Below are positions 23,563 through 35,841 of a stretch of DNA of 38,028 nucleotides, piece after piece. A model generated the notes under the pieces. The model was not told the DNA's origin, did not search any database, and saw nothing but the letters and a program-made list of their open reading frames with translations. The position numbers and the translations under genes were made by a program. Each line of letters starts with the position of its first letter. The stretch's first letter is position 1. This DNA is from Tubiluchus corallicola. Its lineage: Eukaryota > Animalia > Priapulida. The DNA lies in contig JAQGDQ010001496.1 in the NCBI GenBank assembly GCA_030141605.1, positions 1 through 38,028 on the forward strand, written 5' to 3'.

Positions 23563-23773
23563 GCTGCTTTCATGGTCATTGTTTTTTCACCACCCCATCT
23601 TTATATTCTCTAATTAATCGTAGGTAATGTTGTGGTACAGTATAATGTATTTCTAAGTAAATAAAAAAGAGTCGAATGAATTAATTGAAGACACTGTCAA
23701 TGTCATTTGGTAAAGATCCTGGTCGGGATCTTGTAACTTCTGATCTAACAAGTGAGACGCTCCAGCTTCCAGA

Positions 23774-23907
23774 CAGGGCCGGCCTTAAGCATAGGCAAAC
23801 TAGGCAACTGCCTCACCCTCCTTTTTTGCTTTATGCGCCCCTGCATTTCATGTGGGGCCACCAAATTCACTTCGCCTAGGGCCTCCAATTACCTAAGGCC
23901 GGCCCTG
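23774..23907 (+). mobile_element. hAT MITE family B, short copy lacking the microsatellite
   Basis: CAGGGCCGGCCTTAAG ... CCTAAGGCCGGCCCTG; flanks share ttccag (imperfect TSD). Confidence 0.85.
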
Positions 23908-24200
23908 TTCCAGGTGCAATGTCAGACCCACCTCTCCTGCCGAGCTGGTGTCAGCGCCTTATATACGAGCGCGTGACAGTGCGCAGCCTATCACTGGGTC
24001 AATTCTCACCCACGTCATCACGTGGTACCACTCCTAAGCTGGCTTCCTTCTGCGAGCATTTTATTAACCTAATTATTTAACATGATGTCCAGCTCTTAGT
24101 ATAATTTAACAGGTTCTCTTTACTCGTAGGTAATGTTGTGGTACAGTATAATGTATTTCTAAGTAAATAAAAAAGAGTCGAATGAATTAGACACAGGTAG

Positions 24201-24702
24201 TATAGGTTTTACACGTCAAATGTAGACACAGGAAAGTTCAAATGTGATTTAGGTAAGTCAAATGTAGACATAGGAATTTCGAATGTGTTTTGGTAACTCA
24301 AAGGTGACTTAGGTAAGTCAAATGTAGATGCATTACTTTGAATAAATCGATAATTAAGTTATTTAAGTGCAAATTAGAAAAAGATAAACCAAAGATGGTG
24401 CATCTATTAATAGGCCTATGACGTTGTTATTTTAACTTAGGAGCAATTATTAAATTGAAATTAAAGAAGTTTAAATTTAACATCCTTAAACTTTACCACC
24501 TATCCACATTTGAGATACCAATGTCACGTTTGACTTGACATGTGTCTACATTTGACTTACCAAAAGGCTTAAGATTTCTTGAAAACCATTGTTAACGCAT
24601 TTGAACTACCTAAGTCTACATTTGAGTTACCAAGACACATCTGAATTACCTAAATCTACATTTGAGTTAACGCAGGTCTACATTTGACATGTAAAACCTA
24701 TA
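24201..24702. mobile_element. Foldback-like MITE with subterminal TCAAATGTAGAC repeats
   Basis: TATAGGTTTTACACGTCAAATGTAGAC vs GTCTACATTTGACATGTAAAACCTATA (26/27 inverted match); the motif repeats in opposite orientation in each arm. Confidence 0.8.
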
Positions 24703-24739
24703 TTTTCATAATAATTAAGTTTATCATCATTTTCTGCAG

Positions 24740-24871
24740 GTTGTCACAACACCGCCTCGCCTTGCACCCGTCATGCTAGCAAACCCTAAAGCAACTTCAG
24801 TCAAAAAGCCAGAGCTGCTATCAAACGCTCAGCAATTCAGCAAGACTCGAGGAGCCGCTATGGACAAATGA
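24740..24871 (+). CDS. PAH-like domain protein, terminal exon 6
   Basis: ttttctgcag| phase 0; VVTTPPRLAPV...GAAMDK then TGA; AATAAA at 25748 and 25801. Confidence 0.72.
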   Translation, partial: VVTTPPRLAPVMLANPKATSVKKPELLSNAQQFSKTRGAAMDK

Positions 24872-24986
24872 GGAGACATGATTTATACCTTTATTAAATT
24901 AATTTTTGTGAAATGCTGATTCAAGTTTTACAAATTGTTTGTAAACTTCTCTTGATTATGTAGTTTGTTTTATTGACGGTCTAAGT

Positions 24987-25466
24987 CAGGGGTGTGCAAA
25001 CTGAGGCCCGCGGCCCACCGAGAGATCTTGTTCGGCCCGCGAAGAGGTTTGTCAACCTAATGAAAGTGCGGCCCGCCGAGAGAATTTGTGCGGCCCGCGA
25101 AGAGGTTTGTCAACGTAATGAAAGTGTGGCCCACTCGATCCAGCTAAAGTCTGCACCAATATCGCAAGGATAGTGCAGGTAGTTTTTTCCTCTAGATCAG
25201 ATGGCATTAACCCTTACAAGACCGTTGTCACTTAATGTCACTGTCGGACATGACGAAATATATGGTTTTTAATATAAATTTTAATAACTTCTAAAATAGT
25301 TTCTTGAGTGTAGTAGTGCAGTAGTAATGATGTGCACAAACCTGATGCAAAAAAATCGTTATTAGGTCATACTGTACTTGGCTCCTTGATCAAACTGCAT
25401 GTGGCCCGCAGGAATTGCGGGAATGTTTAATGTGGCCCAGCTAGTCAGATAATTTGCACACCCCTG
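24987..25466 (+). mobile_element. hAT MITE family A copy (probable 3' UTR)
   Basis: CAGGGGTGTGCAAA / TTTGCACACCCCTG; perfect TSD gtctaagt. Confidence 0.93.
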
Positions 25467-25884
25467 GTCTAAGTGTACCTGTCAGTCTAAGTTGTATACA
25501 TCATATAGCTGATTTTTACATACACGTAGTAATTACTTATGTGTTTTTGTACTTTGATTAACTTGCAGAAAGTTTACTCTTTTTCTTTCCTTCATTATTT
25601 ATTGTAATTAACTCGTGGAAAGTTTGTCGTTTTTATTGTTTATTATTGTTGTTAAAATAGAAAAGAATTAGAAGACGACTTCTGTAAATTATCACCATCA
25701 TTATACTCAGTACGTTTGCTTTTGACATTGGGTGGGCAGACCTCTAAAATAAAAAACCCGCAAAGCCAGTGGTTTGTCAGCACCGCTTACGAGACGTGTA
25801 AATAAAAATAATTTTCATTTTAGCTCTTCATTCGGCAATGGTGGTTATCTTTTTATTCACTCATTCTACCAGACAACTCTACTT

Positions 25885-26051
25885 CTAGATCGGTAAAAAG
25901 ATTCCTCCTCTCAAAACTGCCAGTATTTTCTCCTGCCAAGTGACAAGCTTGCCATATTTCATCACAGTTAATGATGCGCATTTGCCTCTAGTGATTGCGT
26001 CCCTAACGACATCATCATTCAAGATATTCAGTCGAAAACTACGTACTCCCC
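25885..26051 (-). CDS. Candidate terminal exon of an unidentified minus-strand gene
   Basis: T-rich acceptor ttgtttttggaag|, one open phase (GVRSFRLNILNDDVVRDAITRG...IFLPI*), AATAAA on minus at 25857-25852; no recognised homology. Confidence 0.4.
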
Positions 26052-26523
26052 CTTCCAAAAACAAATATAATGAAACAGTCATCAAAATGTAATGCTATTA
26101 AAATATGGTCATCAATTCCGCGTGAAATGAAAACTCTCAATCTTTATCAATTTAAAAAAGCATCAAAGAATTACCTACTACAACGGCATAATTAACTCAC
26201 AATTTTACTCATCCTGATCTTAAGTTACTAACAAAACTTATTTTGTTCTAATGTACGTTATAACTGATGAAAATGTAATGTTAATTGTCAATTGTTTCAC
26301 TTATCTGGAGGAGGACTCGAAAGCTCAATGCTCCTTCCCCGTCCTCACAGTAACTCGCATAGTTTTCTTTTATCAATGTAATATCAATTTATATGTATGT
26401 TTGAGTTGTGCTGAATAAGCATTTTCACAGTTCCAGCGATTGATGATGACCGTGAAAAGGTCAAAGGTCAAGTGCACCAGACAACGCATTTGTGTACACT
26501 CGACAATGCCTCGCATACGCTAC

Positions 26524-26943
26524 GTAACTACGTAAAACAAGTAACTCAAATCATAATTATAGTAACTACGTAAAACAAGTAACTCAAATCATAATTATAG
26601 TAACTATGTAAAATAAGTAACTCAAATTATAATTACAGTAACTACGTGAAATAAGTAACTCAAATCATAATTATAGTAACTACGTAAATTAAGTAACTCA
26701 AATCATAATTATAGTAACTATGTAAAGTAAGTAACTCAAATCATAATTACAGTAACTATGCAAAATAAGTAACTGAAATCATAATTATAGTAACTACGTA
26801 AAATAAGTAACTCAAATCATAATTATAGTAACTACGTAAAATAAGTAACTCAAATCATAATTACAGTAACTACGTAAAATAAGTAACTCAAATCATAATT
26901 ACAGTAACTACGTAAAATAAGTAACTCAAATCATAATTACAGT
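26524..26943. repeat. 38-bp tandem repeat, about 11 units
   Basis: GTAACTACGTAAAATAAGTAACTCAAATCATAATTA(T/C)A, period 38. Confidence 0.95.
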
Positions 26944-27284
26944 CACAACAACCTAAAATACAAAACGCCTTGAACATTTTCGCTTTGAAAATGCGTAGCT
27001 GCTGTATGTCAAAGGTTAAGTGTAGGAAGGCATCTTAACTACAACCGTAATTTGCGTATAAAGTCGTCTGCCACATCAGTTCAGTAAGTAATAGACTGTA
27101 ATAGCCTAGACTAGACTAGACTAGATTAGATTAGATTATATTAGATTGTTTCAGCATAATACGTTACACAACAATAAAAGCTATACTCAAATGTTGCTTT
27201 AACGGTGCAAAATAGAAAAAAATCACACTTGTCTGGCTTTCTTTAGTTTATACTCATGAAATGATGAACATAATTTGTTTGTTC

Positions 27285-27520
27285 ATTTATCTATTTCATT
27301 CATTCGTTCTTTCTTTTTTCTTTCCCTCACTTCCTTGCTTTCTTTTCTTTGTTCGTTCTGTCTTTCTTTGCTTCATTCCTTCTTTCATTCCTTCTTTCTT
27401 TCTTTCTTTCATTCTTTTTTCTTTCTTTCTTTCTTTCTTTCATTTCTTCCTTCCTTCCTTCCTTCCTTCCTTCTTTCTTTCTTTCTTTACTCATTTGGTT
27501 ATTTATTTATTTATTTCCCT
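27285..27520. repeat. (TTTC/TTCC)n pyrimidine-rich simple repeat
   Basis: Direct reading; explains the F/S/L-rich ORFs. Confidence 0.9.
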
Positions 27521-27903
27521 GCGAACTATTTCAGCCAATCAGGTATCTTGATTACACACGTGTTGGAAATGAGAGGATGAGCTGCACGCTGGCGCCACCT
27601 GTTACGAGTAAAAGAAATGATTGTTTTTTATTTCAACGCACACATTACTGAGAACAAAAGAATAATCCTTAAGACAATATTTCGTTAGTTCGTGAGAAAC
27701 ATAAGGACTTCGCCATTTGCAGGTCACAAATAAACTATGACTGTCGTATTTTTTCCAGGGAAAGTTTGACCCAGGAAAATTCCTCTTCCTTTATACCATT
27801 ACAAAACAAAAGCGCAGCTGACTTTCGTTCTCATTTACCACTTCCCAGTTCGGTTAATGTTTGTTTATTCTTGTGGTTAAAGCTGCTTGCTGATTATTGT
27901 TGT

Positions 27904-28250
27904 TGTTTATAGCGTGACGTGTGAGTAGACACGACGGGCATGGCAAACTATCAAAACTTGATTTAAGGAGCAACACATTTATTAAATATCAAACTCAACA
28001 CTAAATATAAGAGGATAGTAATGCCAGCCCTCCGTCTTCAAGTCAGTTCCTCATCCCTCTCGAGGTGCGGGCCCTCAAACACTTTTGACAAACTCTACTG
28101 CGCCGTGAGCTTCTGCGCATGAGGGTTTCATCATCATGACTTAACCAGTCGAAGATCGGTTGGTCAAGTGATGCCACACTTAACTAGGCTTCTTGTCAAG
28201 CATTTGATCTTGAGTTATGAAGGTAAATAATTTAATCGCCAATTTCATCA
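27904..28250 (-). mobile_element. Possible 3' LTR remnant of the BEL/Pao element
   Basis: Lies downstream of the BEL coding remnant; minus-strand AATAAA near 27980 and an ...AAACA end; no second LTR to compare. Confidence 0.25.
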
Positions 28251-28289
28251 AAATCATTATATGAATTTCATTATCATCATCATTATTAG

Positions 28290-29744
28290 CTTCTTTTTAA
28301 GTGTAACTTTTAAATTTGCAAGTCGAGAATCAGCCGTAGACTTGTTGTTTGGAAGCTGAGGATAGCCGTTCTTAAAAGGAATTGCCAACTGGTGGTGGCC
28401 ATCATCGGTTCTTGTCATTGTCTCCTCCCAGATTTCCAGTGCTCTTCTGTCTTGTTTGGAAAATCTGTTGTTGCTCTCATCCCATCTTTCTATTTTCCAG
28501 AAGTTTTCTATTTGCATTGACAAATTTTCATCCAGGTCCTTTTGGTCCGTTAAAAACCGAGACAGTTTGCACAGTGCAGCATGTGAATAATTTCCGCCCC
28601 CTATGGCCCCACGTAAAGATCACCCTAAGCCTGTCCTGACAGCATACGGTGCTGAAAGCGATGTGCCTTGTCTGACTTCCAAGGGTATCATTGCCTCTGG
28701 TACATCTTGACCAATAATTAGCATAACATCGATTGAACGAGGAGTGGAAAGTGGTAAATCTTCCAGGTGAGCCAACTTGATGATGTCTGCTTCTCTAAAA
28801 CCAGAATCAGAAAAGTTTAAAAAATCTTCCATTGCGTATACTCTGTGAAGTTTCACTGTCCCACCATTTTCCAAGTGCTGTGGAGTTACTTCTAATGTAA
28901 GCTGAACCACATTTATTTTAATGTTCTTATTCACTGTGGAAAGACTGAGCTCAGTGTCTCTACCAGTGAGGTTGAGCATCTTTAATAGCTTCTTGGTACA
29001 AAATGTGCGATTGCTCCCGCCGTCTAATAAGGCATGAGTTGATACAATTCTTTTGCTGTCTTTACTGCTGACCTTAATACAGACACAGGGCAAAGCTATA
29101 TTGTCTTCTTGGTTGCAATCAACTGTAGCGCATGTTGTAGCCTTGTCCTTTAATTGATGTTCCTCTGAGGTTTGCATGTTTGTTGGGCTTTGTGACGGTT
29201 TCCAGCTTTCTAGAGCCTCGTGAAGTAAGACCGAGTGTTTTCGTTTGCAGTTTGGTTTGGTGCATCCACGAAGAAGACAGTAAATAGCTCTGTGGTTTCC
29301 GTATCCTAAACAGTTAAAACAAAGATACCTTTTCTTTGGGAAGTTCAATCTGGCTTCATTTGTCATGCTCTTATGATTCTCTGTGCATAAACTACACTGT
29401 TTAGGTGCAACTTTGTTCAAAGTATGTTCAAAACGCTTAACATTTGAGACTTGGTTCTCTGTCTCTGCCACTTGAGGTGCAAAACTTTTTACCGTGCCTC
29501 TCTTTTCCTGTATGCTCTCAGTTATTTGAATCTTCTTTGATTGATTAGTCAAGCAACCAAATACAGGATGAGCAATTTCATCAGCTGCTTGTTGAACAAA
29601 GCTTACAACATCATGTACGTCTGGATTTCTTCCTTCACTCCTTCCAATTTTAGCTACTAGTGTCTGCCACCGACTCTGGTGTTTAGAGGGCAACAATTTT
29701 ATTATTTGTAATAGGTTGCTTTGAGTGTTAATTTCATTCGGCAA
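28290..29744 (-). mobile_element. BEL/Pao LTR retrotransposon remnant: gag C-terminus, Zn knuckles, aspartic protease, pre-RT region
   Basis: CSLCTENH, CFNCLGYGNHRAIYC, CTKPNCKRKHSVLLH; ALLDGGSNRTF; LIIGQDVP; PYAVRTGLG; FWKIE...DGHHQLAIP..LPNN...RL; stops and frameshift; RT and integrase absent. Confidence 0.93.
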
Positions 29745-29876
29745 TTTATTGAAGCTAAAGTGTCTGTACAGCTAAAATTGGAAGGAGTGAAGGAAGAAAT
29801 CCAGACATACATGATGCTGTAGGCTTTGTTTCAGTCCTTATTTCAGTTCAGTTTTATTTCAGTTATCTTCAGTTTG

Positions 29877-30009
<133 letters not shown>

Positions 30010-30297
30010 GCACTTATTATTACAGTGTATGAATTGTACTAACACGTTATAATCATATCATTATCAATTTTATGTCATTCGTAACAATTTAGTTTTTATT
30101 ATAAGCAGTACTAACACTAATACACTGTAGCATAGCGCCTATAAAAATGTTCATCACTAACCAAAGGGCAGCTGACTAGATGACCAATTGGTCTTTCGCT
30201 GCCCTTTCTTCACATTTTTGTTACCAAATTAATTGTATTATAACTGTGCGTGTGTTAAAAGATAAATAAAAGATTATTATATTATTATTATTAGTAG
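30010..30297 (+). mobile_element. L2/CR1-group LINE 3' end nested in BEL gag
   Basis: Stem-loop 30163-30207, AATAAA near 30265, (ATT)n tail. Confidence 0.5.
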
Positions 30298-30815
30298 TAG
30301 TAAATCAGCAAAATTTTGAAACTTTTCTCCTTCATGGGGCATTATGCTTCCAAAGCTGCTTATTTTTCTTAACCATGCTTGTGTGACGACATAAGGTTGA
30401 TCAGAACGTTGTCTGGGTAGATCTTTGGCGTACTGATAAGCTATTTCAGGACTCATGTAATTACATCTTTCAATCAATTGTTTTGCCTTTTCAGTACATA
30501 GTTGTAACAGTCGGGCAAATCTGGCTGTTTCATCCTGTGTATATTTCTCTACTTTTGCCTCTTTTCGATTCATAACCCTCCAAAAATGTAAAGGGTTTCC
30601 GTCAAATGTTTCTACTTCTGCTTTAGGAAGCTGTAAAGTTTGATATATGTTGTGCTGCTGGACCTAATTCTCCAGCATAAGCAATTATTGCCATGTCATC
30701 TTGGTCGGTCCGGTCCTGTGGCGCCACAGTGTGAGCAAATTGTGAAGAAACAGGTGTAGAATGTTTTATTTGAGTTTGTTCTTTTGGATGCTCATGGGGC
30801 TTGAATGTAGACGCT
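30298..30815 (-). mobile_element. BEL/Pao gag N-terminal remnant (DUF1759-like)
   Basis: KAEVETFDGNPLHFW...RLLQLCTEKAKQLIERC..MSPE.AY..AK...PYVVTQAW...FQNFADLL, frameshifted. Confidence 0.88.
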
Positions 30816-31031
30816 ATCATTGCAAAAATGTTTGACTGCAGAAAGGTAAGTATAAGGCAGTTCTGCATGGGCGTTCATAACATTGCAGGTAAATGGCAGG
30901 TGTTTGTCCAAGTTTTGGTTCCAATCACCAAAATATTTATTTAGTAGCCCCTGGTCCCCGCCATCATAACTGCCTTTCTGCTTAGCTAAATCTAATAACT
31001 GCTTATAAGTGTTCAAACTAGGTTTAAGAAC
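30815..31031 (-). pseudogene. GYG1: Glycogenin (GT8) exon, truncated and fused to BEL gag
   Basis: ttttttaag| acceptor, then VLKPSLNTYKQLLDLAKQKGSYDGGDQGLLNKYFGDW...KHLPFTCN...YTYLSAVKHF, the glycogenin GSxDGGDQGxLN / HLPFxYN / YxY region; no donor, runs into gag and stops at 30792. Confidence 0.88.
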
Positions 31032-31804
31032 CTTAAAAAATTATACTAATTTACAGCATTTTTATGCGTATATCGTACTCGCTTTAAAAGGAATTTTTGT
31101 CTGTTTTCATTGTAAATCTCCCGCAATAATGTTTCGACGGCGCTACTATATAACGTCTCATACGAAAATCGTAATTCAGGGGAAGAAAAGGAAATGTTAA
31201 ATTATGTCCCAAAAAAATTCTATGCAAATCTATGTTACTTAATGTAACTAGAAATAATAATTTAAAATATTCGTGCCAAATGGTAAAATGTCGCTGGCCC
31301 ACCCTCCAGGGTGCACCACTCACTAACCAAAAACGTATTTTAATCTTATTGACAAGATACAGTAATTTAAAAATTTACTTAGTTAGTAACATGTATGCTA
31401 CGAAAGCTCTGATTATTTTTTGAAACTTTATGCAATGTTACTTAAGCCTGTTTCAAACGAACTGCCATTAAAATGTTTGTGCCTAACCATCATCGCGGGA
31501 GAGTAAATTTACAAGTTTTACAGAGCATTACTGCCGACGTAAGTCCTGCATGCAATAAATAGTAGGTAAGTGGTACAAAATTTCAAGACGAACCTTTTAC
31601 GCTTTACTTAAGTGGAGGATTTTCTTGTGCTTTGAATTAATACAGCAACAAGTTCGGTTCATGAATTACTCCAGGTTGAGCATATGGTTGCTAAGCAACA
31701 TGAACTATAGCACTTCTCAATTGCTTTTTCTTAGGTCGCGAGTTTTTATTGGAACTCAAGAGATGACATACACCAGAAATTGCGAGTACAACTGCACGTG
31801 TCCC

Positions 31805-32590
31805 ACAGGTGAAGCTGATTGTACCAATGTGTTTCTTAACATAGATGGCATCAGTGCTCCTGGTCAACCTGTGTCTTTGTGTGAGGTGTTGTGGTTCTAA
31901 ACATTGCACCCAGGTGGAGCTGATTGTACCAATGTGTTTCTTAACATAGATGGGCTCAGCACTCCGGGTCAACCTGTGTCTTTGTGTGAGGTGTTGTGGT
32001 TCTAAACTTTGCACCCAGGTGGAGCTGATTGTACCATCGTATTTCTTAACATAGATGGGCTCAGCGCTCCGGGTCAACCTGTGTCTTTGTGTGAGGTGTT
32101 GTGGTTCTAAACTTTGCACCCAGGTGGAGCTGATTGCACCAATGTGTTTCTTAACATAGATGGGCTCAGTGCTCCGGTCAACCTGTGTCTTGTGTGAGGT
32201 GTTGTGGTTCTAAACTTGCACCCAGGTGGAGCTGATTGTACCAATGTGTTTCTTAACATAGATGGGCTCAGCACTCCTTGTCAACCTGTGTCTTTGTGTG
32301 AGGTGTTGTGGTTCTAAACTTTGCACCCAGGTGGAGCTGATTGTACCAATGTGTTTCTTAACATAGATGGGCTCAGTGCTTCGGGTCAGCTTGTGTTTTT
32401 GTGTGAGGTGTTGTGGTTCTAAACATTGCACCCAGGTGGAGCTGATTGTACCAACGTATTTGTTAAACAGAAACACCAGTTCAGAGTGCACCGGTTCAGC
32501 TTGTTTGACGTACAGTGTGATGTGCTGTAGTTCTAGTGGCGCATCCAGGTGGAGCTGATTGCACCAAAGTATTTCTTAACACAGATGAAC
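31805..32590. repeat. 105-bp minisatellite in left arm
   Basis: GGTG(G/A)AGCTGATTG at 31808, 31913, 32018, 32123, 32225, 32330, 32435, 32548. Confidence 0.95.
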
Positions 32591-32618
32591 ACAGCGCACT
32601 GGTTAAATAGGTCATACA

Positions 32619-32967
32619 ATATAACCCCAGTCCAGACTATACCCGGGGTGGGGCAGGGTTAAAGCAGTCTTGGCTAAATTATACCCTGGGCACATTATGG
32701 CCTAGGCCAATTAATTCATAAGCCCAGCCAGATTATACCCTGACGATGTCAGCAGTACTGAGTGATGTACAACACAAGGAATTACTTAATGTTTAAACAT
32801 TGTGTTGAGTTTCCAGCTTTGTCTCTAGGACAGTTTATCTCCCGGATACACACTGGCCGGGGGGGGGGGGGTAAACTATACACTGGCCTGGACTAAACTT
32901 CACACTGGCCTGGGCTAAACACACACTAGCTTGGGCTAAACTTCACACTGGCCTGGGCTAAACTACA
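32619..32967. repeat. MITE-like segment with TATACCC motifs and 21-22 bp CACTGGCCTGGGCTAAAC repeats (mirrored at about 36421-36806)
   Basis: Repeated ATTATACCCTG, palindromic TGGCCTAGGCCA and short tandem units; family not identified. Confidence 0.5.
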
Positions 32968-33780
32968 AGAAACCCCTTTTCTCTGACATTTTACTACAAT
33001 ATGATGTGAACGACAATATCAGCACCATCCTATCGCCAACACTGCAATATCAAGAACAAATACAAACATAAGAATCTCACAGTAATAAACTTTTGGTCAG
33101 TAAAAGCAGCGTTCGGGCTACAAACTAATAGTTTTCATTAGGTTTGGAATATAAAAACAAAGAAATAAATTTCACATAACGTTATAAACACACAACACAC
33201 ACCATTTTAATAAACATTTGTCAATAGGGTGTCATGTCCGGGAATTCTCTTGCTAGACAAGCAAATGGTTTTCCACTGGTAAGCGCGTAAATTACCGTAA
33301 ATTATTTAGTCAAAGATGAATAAAATTGACTTTTCAACCTCTTTTTGTATTTTTGCAGACACATGTAGGTAGTAATTCTACTCGTGTCTCTCCTGTATCC
33401 ATTTTAACCAGTTTTGTTTGTTATTGCACACCTTGTATAGATTTATGTAGCTAATCTTATATTAAAATTGTGTATAGATACTTTAATAAAAGTACTAACA
33501 GCAAAAAGCATCACTAACTATTTCTGCCATTACGATTGTTTGTACCTCAATGCGTTTATTTTGCAGTCTTGCAGTTCATTATAAAATAAATCTACCATTC
33601 TTGTCTATTTTTTGAAGTAGCTTCTGAAACCAACCGAAACGTTGTTGAGAAGACAATTCAGTTAATATTTAAAAGTTGTTATTAATGGATCAGTTAGTTT
33701 CTGTCGTGCTGCTTTCAATTCATAATGTTTGTAATTAGATTAGGTGAGAGTGGATTCTTTTATTTTGACAGCAGCTAAAT

Positions 33781-35311
<1,531 letters not shown>

Positions 35312-35841
35312 ACAATTTATTTAAACAATATTCAACATAAAATATGGTGCATACAATGTGCCACAAAAAACCTGTAAGGTTGCAGACGTGGCAGCCTCAC
35401 GAAACACAGAATATTCTACAAGAGTTACAAGAGTGATATAAGAGTTACCATTACGAGAGTTATCATGCTACGTTACACTAATGTAGTTGGCATACATAGC
35501 AATCAGATAGATTAGATGAGTCACTATAAGAAGAGAGATAACGATCTTTTAACTCTTTAACAAAGCAACTTAAGCCATAATTCTTACTGTTAAAGATATT
35601 ACTGGGGGATATTAGCCATGTACTAGCACAGCACTGGTTAAGGCACCTTCACACGTTGACTGGCTCTGGTTTCAACTGGTTATGGGAACAGGGGTCGTTT
35701 GAGAATCAGGGAGTGCTTTAGGGTGAAGTAACAGCACAATAATTTAGGATCTAATTGTACAAAAATTGATATCACACTATGCAGATCTACTTGAAAACGG
35801 GACAAAAGCAATCCTCCCTAGGCGATGGTAGACATACTCAT

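Larger units (their letters stand above)
31295..33539 (+). repeat. Left arm of large inverted repeat (outer edge unknown)
   Basis: Reverse complement of 35842-38028; 31295 pairs with 38028 and 33539 with 35842. Confidence 0.96.

Noticed and set aside
23914-23976. Exon after ttccag| at 23913
   Set aside because: Acceptor is formed by the MITE end, lacks a good pyrimidine tract and reaches an early stop
27740-27810. Minus-strand FLGQT/PWKKYD as the missing glycogenin HFLGxxKPW continuation
   Set aside because: Needs two frameshifts and several substitutions in ~40 nt; not distinguishable from chance without alignment to an intact paralogue
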